A stretch of 64,000 nt of DNA from an uncultured candidate division Zixibacteria bacterium (GCA_963702205.1 OY969724.1:448001-512000); one strand, 5' to 3'. Counted from the first letter of the stretch, positions 1 to 12,871 are shown. Made by a program: numbers and translations. Notes: generated from the sequence alone by a model not told the origin.

Positions 1-250
1 CCGAAGCGAACTTGGTTTCGGTGGCAGTTTTTTCGGCGTCGGCCGACATGGAAGCCGATTTGCCGCTGCAGGCGGCCTTGTTGGCCATTGAGCAGGCGTT
101 ATCGGCGCCGGCGTATTTGGCGTTGACAGTCGAGGCATTGGCACTGGTGGTTCCGGTTTTGGCACCACCGCAGGCGAAAGCGCCGATCGGGGCCATGACA
201 AAGGCCAGTCCGAGAACGAGCGCAATCATTGAGACATAAGCTTTTCTCAT
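1..250 (-). CDS. Secreted Cys/Ala-rich hypothetical protein (N-terminal part; runs off window start)
   Basis: Not in ORF track. ATG at 250 with GGAGG RBS upstream; reads MRKAYVSMIALVLGLAFVMAPIGAFACGGAKTG...ACSMANKAACSGK, a signal peptide then a low-complexity Cys-containing stretch; no stop before position 1. Confidence 0.75.
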   Translation of the reverse strand, partial: MRKAYVSMIALVLGLAFVMAPIGAFACGGAKTGTTSANASTVNAKYAGADNACSMANKAACSGKSASMSADAEKTATETKFAS

Positions 251-1341
251 CGGTGAATCCTCCATCGAAGCGGTTTTACTAAGTTTCTTCACTATTTTCT
301 GATTTGGTCGGTTTTTTCACCCAATTAGGACTTAATTAGTCCGGTATAGCATATTTAACAGTTTGGCTGGGTCTGAAGTTCCAAAAAACCACTTAATAAA
401 GTATGTTTTTTCTTCGTGGATAACCCTGTACTGTATTGAAGGATATAAGGTTATGAAGTGGAATGGGTTGACATATTTAGGCGCTGGCTTCGGGCCCCGG
501 GTTGCGGAGGAGGAAAGGGGATGATGGACAACAATGCTCCTCGATTTCATATAATCCGTAGCGCTATTTGGGGTTGCGGCGAAATGGGTTCGTATTCCTA
601 ATTTTTTATTTTTTGGGTAGCCCCTTCTACTCGTGTGATTTGCAAATGAATTCGACTTGGATATAGTTATAGGTCTCATATTAAAGGGGTGCGGCCAGAT
701 TCAACATTGAGTTGGTGGTGAAAAAGCGAAAATGGACGCTGATGGCCGGAGGAACCCACAGCAAGCTATGGGCGACCCGGCCTGAACGAACGGTGTTCAA
801 TAAAGCCCGTCATTGAATGTAGGACCACCCATTAAGGCATGAATTCCTGACGGCGTAGTGGATTTACATTTCGTTCCACTTCCTTTTCATTATGGCTTCT
901 CGCTGCACCATAAAGCCACCAAGAGCAGCTCGATTTACATCAAGTATTTCTGAAAAATCCCGAAATTGCCATTTAATTCCAGAGGATCTAAGCTCCGCAA
1001 GAATTTCATCTGCCCTATCTAGGACAGTTTCATAAAATTCGAATGTCTCCAAAAATGTCGGCTTTACGGCCGATTCTACTTGATAATGCAAAGCATTTAA
1101 ATAATGGCGAAATGCCAATTGTTCCGTAAAGCCAACAACAGAAGGTTGTGCGCCTGAAAATAATTGTGATACGTAACCACCATCAAGTTCTTCGTCGGGC
1201 ATCATTTGGCTCAACAAACCAAATCTTTGCGCTAAATCTAAATAGGGCATTTTATATTCCGACAAAGCATGGGGTGACCTTCCCCCGGATTAGTGGACAG
1301 ATCGAAAGGATAGGGTTATGTTACTATCCGGAGGTGTTCAG

Positions 1342-1646
1342 ATGTCATCAGGATCGAATCGACGGAAGTACGACCGGGAGTTCAAGTTGGAAGCAGGTAC
1401 CGGCTGAGCCGTGAGGCGGGCCGGACAGTGGCCGGGGTGGCCCGTGATCTGGGAATCAGCGAGAACATGCTGCATCGGTGGCGCAGCCAGTTTGCCCAGG
1501 AGGGCGAGGCGGCATTTCCGGGTAAGGGTCACCTGAGTCCGGAGCAGGAAGAACTGCGTCGGTTGCAGCGGCAATTGGCCGATGTGACGGAGGAGCGGGA
1601 CATTTTAAAAAAAGCGCTGGCCGTCTTCAGTCGCCGGTCGAAGTGA
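1342..1646 (+). CDS. IS3 transposase OrfA (HTH), with apparent +2 indel at 1396-1401
   Basis: ATG 1342 with GGAGGTG RBS gives MSSGSNRRKYDREFKLEA; continues in another frame as VARDLGISENMLHRW...EERDILKKA; about 100 aa after correction. Confidence 0.85.
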
Positions 1647-2536
1647 GATATGCCTTTATGCGGGACCATGCGTCACAGTTTCGACTTACGTTGATGAGCC
1701 GGGTGCTGAGTGTCTCACGGAGCGGCTACTATGCCTGGCTGGTCCGACCGGAGAGTGCGCGGTCGATGCAGAATCGGCAGTTGCTGCCGCTGATCCGGCA
1801 GGCGTACCTGAGGAGTCGTCGGACCTACGGTTCGCCTCGTGTGACCGATGAGTTGCACGATCAGGGACATGTCTGTAACGAGAAGCGAGTGGCCAGGCTC
1901 ATGCGTCTGCATGGGATACGGCCAAAGGCGGTAAAAAAGTTCAAGGCAACGACGGATTCGAAGCACAAGTTGCCGGTGGCGCCGAATCTGTTGAGCCGCG
2001 ACTTTACCGCTGCCAGTCCGAACCGGGTGTGGCTAGCTGATATCACGTATATCCCGACGACCGAGGGCTGGCTGTATCTGGCCGGCGTGCTGGATCTGTA
2101 CACCCGTCGGGTGGTCGGCTGTGCCATGAGTCCTCGGATCAACGCTGAGTTGACCTTGAGCGCGCTTGGGCAGGCCCTGGTGCGGTATCGCCCGGGTCCG
2201 GGGCTGATCCACCACAGCGACCAGGGCAAGCAGTATGCGGCCGGAGACTATCAAAAGCTCCTTCGTCAGCATCAGGCCATCACCAGCATGAGTCGGAGAG
2301 GTGATTGCTGGGACAACGCACCGATGGAGTCGTTCTGGGGCACGTTGAAGCAGGAGCTGGTGCATCACGAGAACTTCGTGACCAGAGATGAAGCGAAGGC
2401 GAAGATCTTTGAGTATATTGAGGTGTTTTACAACGGTCAGCGTCGGCATTCGTCGCTGGGTTCAGTGAGCCCGGCCGAGTACGAATCCGCCGCCAGACCA
2501 CAACCGACACGGAAGCAATCACCGTGTCTTAACTGA
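1643..2536 (+). CDS. IS3 transposase OrfB (DDE integrase core)
   Basis: WLADITYI, HHSDQGKQY, CWDNAPMESF motifs; -1 frame relative to orfA. Confidence 0.97.
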   Translation: MRYAFMRDHASQFRLTLMSRVLSVSRSGYYAWLVRPESARSMQNRQLLPLIRQAYLRSRRTYGSPRVTDELHDQGHVCNEKRVARLMRLHGIRPKAVKKFKATTDSKHKLPVAPNLLSRDFTAASPNRVWLADITYIPTTEGWLYLAGVLDLYTRRVVGCAMSPRINAELTLSALGQALVRYRPGPGLIHHSDQGKQYAAGDYQKLLRQHQAITSMSRRGDCWDNAPMESFWGTLKQELVHHENFVTRDEAKAKIFEYIEVFYNGQRRHSSLGSVSPAEYESAARPQPTRKQSPCLN

Positions 2537-3388
2537 GTGTCCATCAAATGGGGGGAAGGTCAGGGACAATAATACCAAATTGCACGTTGCTTTATATCGT
2601 CATCATCATCAGTTTTAAACTTATTTTGTGGGAAAGATCTTACATTCATCCATGTGCCTGAAGAAACCGCTTGGACTTTCGTAATTGAAGCAATAAGCAT
2701 TTGTTGATTACAATATCCTAAAATTACATGATGTCCTCGCAAGCGAAGGGTTGCCGTAATATCTAATGTATTTAGTAACCATGACACATCGTCAACCAAG
2801 TATTGCCCTCTTGGGTGCTCAAATACTATATAATAGCCAGCCGGATCCCATTTTTCCGATTCTTCGATAAGCAATGCTACTTGATCATTATCCCTAGTGG
2901 CATCTCCTGATATGGCTAGAGTCATTATAAGTGGCAAATTCAAGTTAAGAGACTTAGCCATATCAAAGATGGCAGAATGTATATTAAGCCAATCAGCGTC
3001 TATTTTAGTGGCCAAAAGACCAGGCAAAATAAAATGGGAAGTTGACAATCTTGAATTTATATCAAAAAGGTTGTTGATTAGTCGTTCTAGCCCGACACCT
3101 TGCCAAAAGGCACTACTCTCATAATCAGATGGCCAATATTCATGAGAACATAGCCGTTTATGATTAGCATGAGGTAGGAAAAATTGTGGATCCAAAAGCG
3201 TGGCGCAATCTTTTATTTTCAGCATGCTGTCGGTAAATCCCAGAAGCTGTCCTTCATATAAATCTCTGGGGCTTAGAATCACTGTGCCGCCACCCCAATT
3301 TGACAAAAGATGTCGACAGTGTTCCATCATGCCCCATCCAAATTGTAAATAAAGTTCCACTTAATTCCCCCTTGGCATAAGGTTCTTT

Positions 3389-4255
3389 CTAATTCATATT
3401 GGCCCGAGAGCAAATATCTCTCATCCACGAAATAGCTTCTGCGACTGAAGCAGGGCGATGATGTCTTTGTTTTTGAACCATTGTATCTACCAAACCAGCG
3501 AAGTCATCGGCAGAAGCGAAATTTAAAGATAATTTTGGCAGCTGCATATGCTCAACACGGCTTATCTTTTCAAAGTCATCCCGCGCCCCTTTAGTAAAAG
3601 GATTGACTCCAGTGGCTGATTCATATAGCGTTACTCCTAAAGCGAACATGTCTGCGCGACAATCGATGCCAGATTTAACATTTCTCATCTGTTCAGGCGG
3701 TGCATAACCCAAAGTGAATTTACCAAATGGCAAACCTGAAGCAGTAAGAGAATCCAAAGCCAAATGTCTTGCAATACCGAAATCCAATAGCCAGAATTGA
3801 GAGGCATTATCAAGCATAATATTTTCTGGCTTTACGTCACGATGTACTATCTTGGCCTGCTCTGCTTCTCCCAGAATTTGCAGCACCTCCAATCCTAGTT
3901 TGAGCAGGCTTGAATTGCCTAAAGGGCCATTGGTAAGAAGTTGGCGAAGTGTTGATCCATTAATCCTCTCTTCTATTAGATAAACACATAAACCAACAAT
4001 TGGAATATCAACAGAACCCATGTCTAGAATTTTTGGAATTCTTTTCGAATCTATTTGATTTGTTGCTGCAATCTCCCTACGAGTTTCCTCATCACCTTGC
4101 GGGGTATGCAAAATTTTTAAAACAATAGAACCCAAAGCATTATGATCGCAAGCAAAAACAGTTTTAAATCCACCGCTGTTAAGCAATTGAAAATGTGAAA
4201 GCCCCGGAAAATTATCAGATAACCAATCCAAATCAAGTCTGAGTGGCGGACTCAT
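3389..4255 (-). CDS. Hanks-type Ser/Thr protein kinase, stand-alone catalytic domain (288 aa)
   Basis: SGGFKTV, VLKIL, HRDVKPENI, DFG, GYAPPEQ, DMFALG motifs; start refined to ATG 4255 (AAGGAG RBS). Confidence 0.93.
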   Translation of the reverse strand: MSPPLRLDLDWLSDNFPGLSHFQLLNSGGFKTVFACDHNALGSIVLKILHTPQGDEETRREIAATNQIDSKRIPKILDMGSVDIPIVGLCVYLIEERINGSTLRQLLTNGPLGNSSLLKLGLEVLQILGEAEQAKIVHRDVKPENIMLDNASQFWLLDFGIARHLALDSLTASGLPFGKFTLGYAPPEQMRNVKSGIDCRADMFALGVTLYESATGVNPFTKGARDDFEKISRVEHMQLPKLSLNFASADDFAGLVDTMVQKQRHHRPASVAEAISWMRDICSRANMN

Positions 4256-4257
4256 TC

Positions 4258-4983
4258 TTATAGGCTCCTTGTCATAGAAGATTCCTGCCACACCCATTCA
4301 TTAAATAGCCAAGACGCATAGGAACGCGGCAATATATGGCTTTTGGAAACATCAATATTTAGACATTTTGAGTTTTCTTCAAGGAATTGTATACCATAAT
4401 GCAATACCGATTTGCGAAAAGAGAGGTTTGTCGGGAGCTTAGGCATTAATATAAATGAGTCTGATGCGAACCATGTATTCATAATTGCTTGTGACAACGC
4501 AACATTCCAATTGCTAATTTTCGCCTCAATTGCAATAATACGCCTTACAGCGAAAATTTCTGATAATGGTTTTGAGTAGTACCTATTGCGTTCTCGGATT
4601 AGTACATCCGCATCAAGCAACCTGAAAAGACTTTGTTTGGCATTATAATAAAACATGTCTTCCAAATCTGATTCATAAATTGAACGGCGATGATATATAT
4701 AATGCAAAAGGCGAATGTCGTTTTTCTCCAATAACGACCGGCAATTTGACCAAGACGTGGTCACCCCATGATCCCAAACCACTGCCACCAAATCAGGGAC
4801 TCCTGATTCCAATCTAGGTTGACAATATATGGTGGTAGAAAAATCGGCAAAATTCCATAAAGGTTTTCGTAATAAAAATCGGTTTACTAAATCTAATTCT
4901 GGACCGGCCTTTGGGGGCAATAAATTGGGTCCTGTAATGCGGATATTACTTGTATGATCGAAAATATTATGGGTTGTTGCCAT
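4258..4983 (-). CDS. Hypothetical protein with PD-(D/E)XK nuclease-like motif (sce7726-like), possible internal winged helix
   Basis: GVPDLVAV ... IIAIEAKISNW...ALSQA pattern; stop 2 nt before the kinase start. Confidence 0.65.
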   Translation of the reverse strand: MATTHNIFDHTSNIRITGPNLLPPKAGPELDLVNRFLLRKPLWNFADFSTTIYCQPRLESGVPDLVAVVWDHGVTTSWSNCRSLLEKNDIRLLHYIYHRRSIYESDLEDMFYYNAKQSLFRLLDADVLIRERNRYYSKPLSEIFAVRRIIAIEAKISNWNVALSQAIMNTWFASDSFILMPKLPTNLSFRKSVLHYGIQFLEENSKCLNIDVSKSHILPRSYASWLFNEWVWQESSMTRSL

Positions 4984-5151
4984 CTTATAAAAAGTTATTC
5001 CTGAATGCCGCCCTATACTATTCTATTATAAAAAAAGCAATATTTTTTATTATGCAATTGTTATTTAGCATTTAATTTTAAAAGCCATTCGCTTCATCTA
5101 GTTCTTTTTGAATCAAAAGATATCAAAATTTAACACTCATGGTCTATCCCC

Positions 5152-7587
<2,436 letters not shown>

Positions 7588-7895
7588 ATCTCTATACTCT
7601 CGGGCGACGGGCAGCGTCCGCCGCAATACGGCGGTAATTCGGTGAGTCGGCGTGTTGGAGATTCGTTCTCAATGGTGATTGAAACCGGGGGCAAAGCCCC
7701 GTAAAAGCGCGGATTGTCGGACTTTATTATCGGCACAAGTGATTATACGGCACTTGAAATATGTCTGTCAAGCATTTCCTCAGATTTCTATAAAATTGAT
7801 GACATCGGATTCGAAACGAACCGATAAAGGTTTCTGCCGACCGGTCGATAGAAAAAGTATGTGTCTCAAACTGAAACAGAAATGGATTTCGTCCT

Positions 7896-9245
7896 ATGAA
7901 CTTTTCAAAAAGTGATTTGGTTGAAACAGAACTTTTCAATACCGAACGCGATGTTTCACCCGCCCGCGACCTGACGGGTTTCTGCCTGAACTTATTCACG
8001 GGCGCCGCCACCGGTGAAAGTACGCCCGACCGGGTGGAAATCTATCGCGACGGTGAAATCGTGACCGGCCGGGACAAAACCGACCGCTCGCGTCTGCCGG
8101 TCGACCTGTTTACCGGGCCCGACGGCGAAGGAATGTTCCGGCGTCGGGTGGCCTTAAGCGGCGATGATGCGCGAAGCGTCCTGGCCGCCAGGCTGGGGCA
8201 GGATTTTGCCGGGTGCGAAATTTCCGCCGTCATAAAAGCCGAAAATGAAAATGATTTCGGCCCCCTGACCGATAACCGCGACCATCTGATCCTCGGTGAA
8301 GTAAAAAGAACTTTCGCCGCGGTCGCTGCATCCCGCACCATTCAGCGGGCTCTGCAGGACGATACCCGGATGCACTTTCTTGTCGATGAAAGCGCCGAAA
8401 TCGTCTGGTCTTATATTCCGAAAGGCATCATCGTCTGTCAGGAGATAATCGAACGAACCCGCAAGGCGGTATCCAATCCCCGACCGGAAAACACTAAAAT
8501 AGCTCATTTTAATCTTCTCAACCGGCCCTACCGGCTGGTCTCGACGGTCCCGGTCGAAGAGACGCCGGGCTCGATCGTGGAGTTCGATACGGAATTTATC
8601 GAGAGGATGATTCATAAGCTTAGAGGTAAGCTCGGAGCCATTCTTACGGCTTCGGAACAGCTTGGCAATGTCGATTACGATCTTTCCGCCGATGAACAAA
8701 CCCAAATGCTGGGCATAATAGACAAAGCCACTGAACAGATCGGTTCGATCGTGAATCGCTTTGAATCGTACACGACTCTGCCCGAACCCGAGTACAGGAA
8801 TTTCGATCTTACGAGCTGGCTGAAAAATATAGTCGAGGTCAAGGCCGCAGAGGAAAGCCCCATCCGGGTTGATGCAAGCCAAAAAGTTATAAACGTCAGT
8901 ACCGATAAAGAGCTTCTTCGGCAGGCGGTATTGGAGCTTATCGACAACGCCCTTGAATCGGGCGACCGAAACCAACCGCCAACTGTCGTATTGGACGCCG
9001 ATGAAACCTCGGTTTCAATAGCGGTTTCCAATGAACTGCCGACAAAGTCGGGTGACAAAACCCGGCTATCACGCAATATCACCGAGCCGTTTTTGTCGAC
9101 CAAATCCGGCCAAGCCGGGCTCGGTCTGACAATTGTCAAAGCCATTATGGGCCGTCTGGGAGGACAACTTGAAATAGATTTTGCCGACGATGACCGCTTC
9201 ACGGCGCGTCTGGTGTTGTCCCATGATGCTATTGGAGAGAATTAA
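7896..9245 (+). CDS. Cytoplasmic sensor histidine kinase
   Basis: H-box IHKLRGKL, N-box ELIDNA, F-box EPFLSTK, G-box AGLGLTIV. Confidence 0.85.
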   Translation: MNFSKSDLVETELFNTERDVSPARDLTGFCLNLFTGAATGESTPDRVEIYRDGEIVTGRDKTDRSRLPVDLFTGPDGEGMFRRRVALSGDDARSVLAARLGQDFAGCEISAVIKAENENDFGPLTDNRDHLILGEVKRTFAAVAASRTIQRALQDDTRMHFLVDESAEIVWSYIPKGIIVCQEIIERTRKAVSNPRPENTKIAHFNLLNRPYRLVSTVPVEETPGSIVEFDTEFIERMIHKLRGKLGAILTASEQLGNVDYDLSADEQTQMLGIIDKATEQIGSIVNRFESYTTLPEPEYRNFDLTSWLKNIVEVKAAEESPIRVDASQKVINVSTDKELLRQAVLELIDNALESGDRNQPPTVVLDADETSVSIAVSNELPTKSGDKTRLSRNITEPFLSTKSGQAGLGLTIVKAIMGRLGGQLEIDFADDDRFTARLVLSHDAIGEN

Positions 9246-9247
9246 AC

Positions 9248-10657
9248 ATGAATTCTGAAAATAAAGTGCGCCCGAGGATTCTTCTGGTCGACGACGACGT
9301 TGAATTCCGCACCGCCACGCAATTGGCGATAAAAAATCACGATTACGATGTCATTTCGGCGGGAGGCGTCGGCGAAGCCATAGATCGCTTAAAGCACGAT
9401 GAAATCGATTTGATCGTCACCGATTTTAAAATGACCGACGGTACCGGACTCGACATTTTGACCGAGGCCCGTCGGGGTCACCGCGAAATCGCCGTTATAA
9501 TCCTTACCGCGTTCGGCTCGATCAGCAACGCAGTCGAGGCGATGCGTCGCGGGGCCAGCTATTATATAGCCAAACCGTTCAAAACCGATGAACTTCTTCT
9601 TCAGATAGAAAAGGGGTTGGAAGCCAAAAGCATGCGCGAGGAGCTCAACAACCTGCGCGAAGAAATCGCCTGGAAGTACGGTTTCGACAGCCTGGTCGGG
9701 ACGTCGTCACCGATGCGGCAGCTGAAAGCTCTGGCCTCGCGGGTCGCCGCGACCGATATTTCCATCCTCGTTACAGGTGAATCCGGCACGGGCAAGGAGC
9801 TGTTGGCCAAGGCCATACACTATCATTCCCGGCGTCGAAAGAACAAATTCATCCCGATCGACTGCGCCTCAATCCCGGAAAATCTGTTGGAATCGGAATT
9901 TTTCGGACACAAGAAAGGTTCTTTTACAAGTGCCTACACCGACCAAATCGGTCTTTTCGAACAAGCCAACGGCGGAACCGTTTTCCTCGACGAAGTCGGC
10001 GATATGCCGATCATGCTTCAGGCTAAGATACTGCGTGTCCTGCAGGAATCGGAAATTAGACCTATCGGATCAACCGAACCTAAAAAGATCGACGTGCGCA
10101 TTATCGCCGCGACCAACGCCGACCTGCCGACGCTGGTCAAAGAAGGGCGCTTTCGCGAGGACCTGTATTACCGCCTTAACGCCATGCCGCTGCGTATTGC
10201 ACCTCTTCGCGAACGAGTCGATGACGTCAGCATGCTGGCCGAGCATTTCATAATGAAAGAAAACAAGAAGCAGGGCGGTAAGATTTCTATTTCATCCGAG
10301 GCCATGCAAAAACTGATCGCTTTCCAATGGCCGGGAAATGTCCGGGAACTCGAAAATACCATCAAGCGGGCGGTGGCGCTGTGTCAGCAGGAAAGAATAA
10401 CCGCTTCGGACATTATGTTCATTTCGACCGAACCGCCGCAGTGTAATTGCGTAAAAAGAATTGAGATCAGTGACGCCGGTGACTGGACTCTCGAAGAAAG
10501 CCTCTGCCAGAGGATAGAGGCGGCTCTTCACGCCACCAACTGGAACTATACCCGCACGGCTGAAAAATTGGGTATCGGGCGTACCACCCTGTGGAGGAAA
10601 ATAAGAAAATACAATATCACCCGTGGTGAAGAAACCGCGGAGACGGTTTTAAAATAA
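9248..10657 (+). CDS. Sigma54-dependent response regulator (NtrC/AtoC family)
   Basis: REC domain (VDDD, TDFKM), Walker A GESGTGKE, FLDEVGD, FREDLYYRL, WPGNVRELEN, C-terminal Fis HTH. Confidence 0.95.
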   Translation: MNSENKVRPRILLVDDDVEFRTATQLAIKNHDYDVISAGGVGEAIDRLKHDEIDLIVTDFKMTDGTGLDILTEARRGHREIAVIILTAFGSISNAVEAMRRGASYYIAKPFKTDELLLQIEKGLEAKSMREELNNLREEIAWKYGFDSLVGTSSPMRQLKALASRVAATDISILVTGESGTGKELLAKAIHYHSRRRKNKFIPIDCASIPENLLESEFFGHKKGSFTSAYTDQIGLFEQANGGTVFLDEVGDMPIMLQAKILRVLQESEIRPIGSTEPKKIDVRIIAATNADLPTLVKEGRFREDLYYRLNAMPLRIAPLRERVDDVSMLAEHFIMKENKKQGGKISISSEAMQKLIAFQWPGNVRELENTIKRAVALCQQERITASDIMFISTEPPQCNCVKRIEISDAGDWTLEESLCQRIEAALHATNWNYTRTAEKLGIGRTTLWRKIRKYNITRGEETAETVLK

Positions 10658-10658
10658 T

Positions 10659-11264
10659 ATGGAAAGTAAACAGAGCACGAATCAGAATTTGGCGTCCGGT
10701 AGATCATCGTCCGGTGGCCCGGGCAGAGCGATCAATGTGCACGTAAACCGTCCCGATTCAGGCATCAATAATATTATCATGCGCTCGGTATCGGGCATTT
10801 TCAACCGGCGGCAGCATCTGCCCGCACAGTTTTTCGCGATAACCAAGAAATTGAGCAAGTTTTTTTCCATATCCGGAGCCGTCCTGATAGTCCACTCCAA
10901 AAAGGACGACTGCCTCAAGGCCATTGCCCTCAAGGGAGACAGTTACACCCGCGAAGGCCTCGCTATCAGCCTGCCGAAGACAATGTCGCTTCTGTACGAT
11001 GTATTTTCCGACAACGAGCCGTACATCGAAAACTACCCCGACGGTTTCCCCGGTAATTTCGTGGAACGTAAACTGATCCTCGGCGAGGATACTCGTTCGA
11101 TCATTATATGCCCGACCCGTCACGAGGGCCGGCCCAACGGATTGATCTGTTTCGCCTCGCCGGTACCGTACGCTTTCGTGTTGTTCGAGGACGGCAATTT
11201 TGACGCTATGTCGGAAAAAATAGGCTCGGTGATCCACCGCAACCGCAATCGGCTGAATATCTAA
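10659..11264 (+). CDS. Hypothetical protein, GAF-like domain
   Basis: Coupled to the regulator; RSIIICP...GLICFAS pattern typical of GAF folds. Confidence 0.6.
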   Translation: MESKQSTNQNLASGRSSSGGPGRAINVHVNRPDSGINNIIMRSVSGIFNRRQHLPAQFFAITKKLSKFFSISGAVLIVHSKKDDCLKAIALKGDSYTREGLAISLPKTMSLLYDVFSDNEPYIENYPDGFPGNFVERKLILGEDTRSIIICPTRHEGRPNGLICFASPVPYAFVLFEDGNFDAMSEKIGSVIHRNRNRLNI

Positions 11265-12403
11265 CTGCCGGTCTGTTCCTTGAGCTTTTTCTTATAATTC
11301 AGTTTGGCCCGGTTATGCTCGAGAAGTGTCCGGGAAAACACGTGCCGTCCGGTCCCGTCGGCGACAAAATACAGATAATCGGTTTCGGCGGGAAAGATCG
11401 CCGCTTTGATGGCATCCAGACCGGGATTGTTGATCGGACCCGGCGGCAGACCTTTGTACTTATATGTATTGTACGGTGAATCGTAGTCGAGGTCTTTGTA
11501 CCACAGGGGACGGTCCAGCCGACCGATGGCGTAAATCACGGTCGGGTCGGCCTGAAGAAGCATCCCGTGTTCGAGACGGTTGCGATACACTGAAGATATA
11601 ATCGGCATCTCGTCGGCATACTGCGCCTCGGCCTCGATTATCGAAGCCAGAATTATTATATCTTTTTCCGACATATCACCCATATTTCCCCGCGTAAGAA
11701 CGTCGCCCGTCAGGTGACGAAATTGCCTGACAAGATCGTCGATAATCATCTCGGCGCTCATGCCGTACCAGAAGCGGTACGTCTCCGGAAAAAGATACCC
11801 TTCCATGGTTTCCAGACCGTATTTATCCTCGCTGAACTCGGAATCATAAGCGAGAGCGGCGAAATCCGATGAATCGACCAGCCCGGCCCGACCGATGTAT
11901 CCGGCGATTTGGCGGGCGTTCAGTCCTTCCGGTAAGGTCACCTTCTCTGTCTCGATATTTCGTGAAGTGAATTTACTCAGGACCCCCCGGAGCGAGACGT
12001 CGCCGCTGAAATCATAACGACCCGGGGTCAGGTCGCGATCGAGGCCGGTCAAGATAGCCAGTCGCCGGAAGAGATAGTCATCCTTGATCACCCCCGTCTC
12101 TTTGAGATCGGACAGCACTTTGGTGAAAGAATCTTCCGGTTGCACCATAATCGAGACTGTCTGATTACCGATATTGTACGGTACATATATCTTGTACCAC
12201 AGCAGCACGGCCGCCGCCAGCAGAATAACTATGATAAAGCCTATAATATTCTTTATCGATTTCAACGGAGCTCCCGTCGCCTTTACTAAAAAACCAATCG
12301 TCTTAAAAGTCACCACCGGGGCCGCCAGCAGAAAAACGAATACAGTGACGGCCCAGTATTTTATATACTCATGCGGCCGGAATTTGGCTTCAGTTTTTTT
12401 CAC
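11261..12403 (-). CDS. mltG: Endolytic transglycosylase MltG
   Basis: EGYLFPETY, LASIIEAE, LQADPTVIY, SPYNTY, GLPPGPI motifs. Confidence 0.95.
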   Translation of the reverse strand: MKKTEAKFRPHEYIKYWAVTVFVFLLAAPVVTFKTIGFLVKATGAPLKSIKNIIGFIIVILLAAAVLLWYKIYVPYNIGNQTVSIMVQPEDSFTKVLSDLKETGVIKDDYLFRRLAILTGLDRDLTPGRYDFSGDVSLRGVLSKFTSRNIETEKVTLPEGLNARQIAGYIGRAGLVDSSDFAALAYDSEFSEDKYGLETMEGYLFPETYRFWYGMSAEMIIDDLVRQFRHLTGDVLTRGNMGDMSEKDIIILASIIEAEAQYADEMPIISSVYRNRLEHGMLLQADPTVIYAIGRLDRPLWYKDLDYDSPYNTYKYKGLPPGPINNPGLDAIKAAIFPAETDYLYFVADGTGRHVFSRTLLEHNRAKLNYKKKLKEQTGS

Positions 12404-12821
12404 CGGCCCTGTCCAGAAATGTCTGCAATATTATGGCGGCGGCCATGCGGTCGATACGGCCTTTGTCCCGGCCGGTCTTTTGATTGTGCATGTGGATTAT
12501 GTTCTCGGCTTCGGTCGACGAAAAACGCTCGTCTTCTTTGTAAATCGGCCCGCTGTAATGCTTTTGCAACAGCTCGATGAAAGCATCGATAGCCCGGCAG
12601 CGTTCCCCTGCCGATCCGCCCGAAAGCGATATGGGATACCCGACCACGACACCGGCGGGGTGATATTCCTCGATTAAAGCCAGGACCTTGCGGACCGTCT
12701 CGCCGACATTTTGAGCCGTGATAGTTATCATCGGCGAGGCGATCAACCCGGTCGGGTCGGACTTGGCAATACCGGTCCTGCGGTCGCCAAAATCAATTCC
12801 GAAATAAGTCCGGTCGTTCAT
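12390..12821 (-). CDS. ruvX: YqgF/RuvX pre-16S rRNA nuclease
   Basis: GIDFGDRRTGIA, DERFSS, IDRMAAAIILQ. Confidence 0.95.
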   Translation of the reverse strand: MNDRTYFGIDFGDRRTGIAKSDPTGLIASPMITITAQNVGETVRKVLALIEEYHPAGVVVGYPISLSGGSAGERCRAIDAFIELLQKHYSGPIYKEDERFSSTEAENIIHMHNQKTGRDKGRIDRMAAAIILQTFLDRAGEKN

Positions 12822-12871
12822 GGGATCAATGTAAGGTACTAGCGGAATCGAGTCAAATTAAACTCCTGGCA

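Larger units (their letters stand above)
1275..2562 (+). mobile_element. IS3-family insertion sequence, 1288 bp
   Basis: Terminal IRs TGACCTTCCCCCGGATTAGTGGACA / TGACCTTCCCCCCATTTGATGGACA (TG...CA ends); 3-bp TSD GGG at 1272-1274 and 2563-2565; orfA/orfB with A7G slippery site at 1607-1614. Confidence 0.97.
864..3360 (-). pseudogene. Conserved hypothetical protein of about 401 aa, interrupted by IS3 (N-part 2563-3360, C-part 864-1271)
   Basis: Removing IS 1275-2562 and one GGG TSD copy joins ...RAIWYYCP to HA-LSEYKMPYLD... in frame; GTG start at 3360 with AGGGGA RBS. Confidence 0.9.

Noticed and set aside
12..239. Plus-strand 75-aa ORF
   Set aside because: Antisense shadow of the minus-strand gene starting at 250, which has an RBS and signal peptide
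332..679. 115-aa minus-strand ORF as a fourth island gene
   Set aside because: No RBS or recognisable motif; separated from the island by host-type REP hairpins at about 750-860
864..1265. Independent 133-aa gene
   Set aside because: It is the in-frame C-terminal half of the IS-interrupted gene
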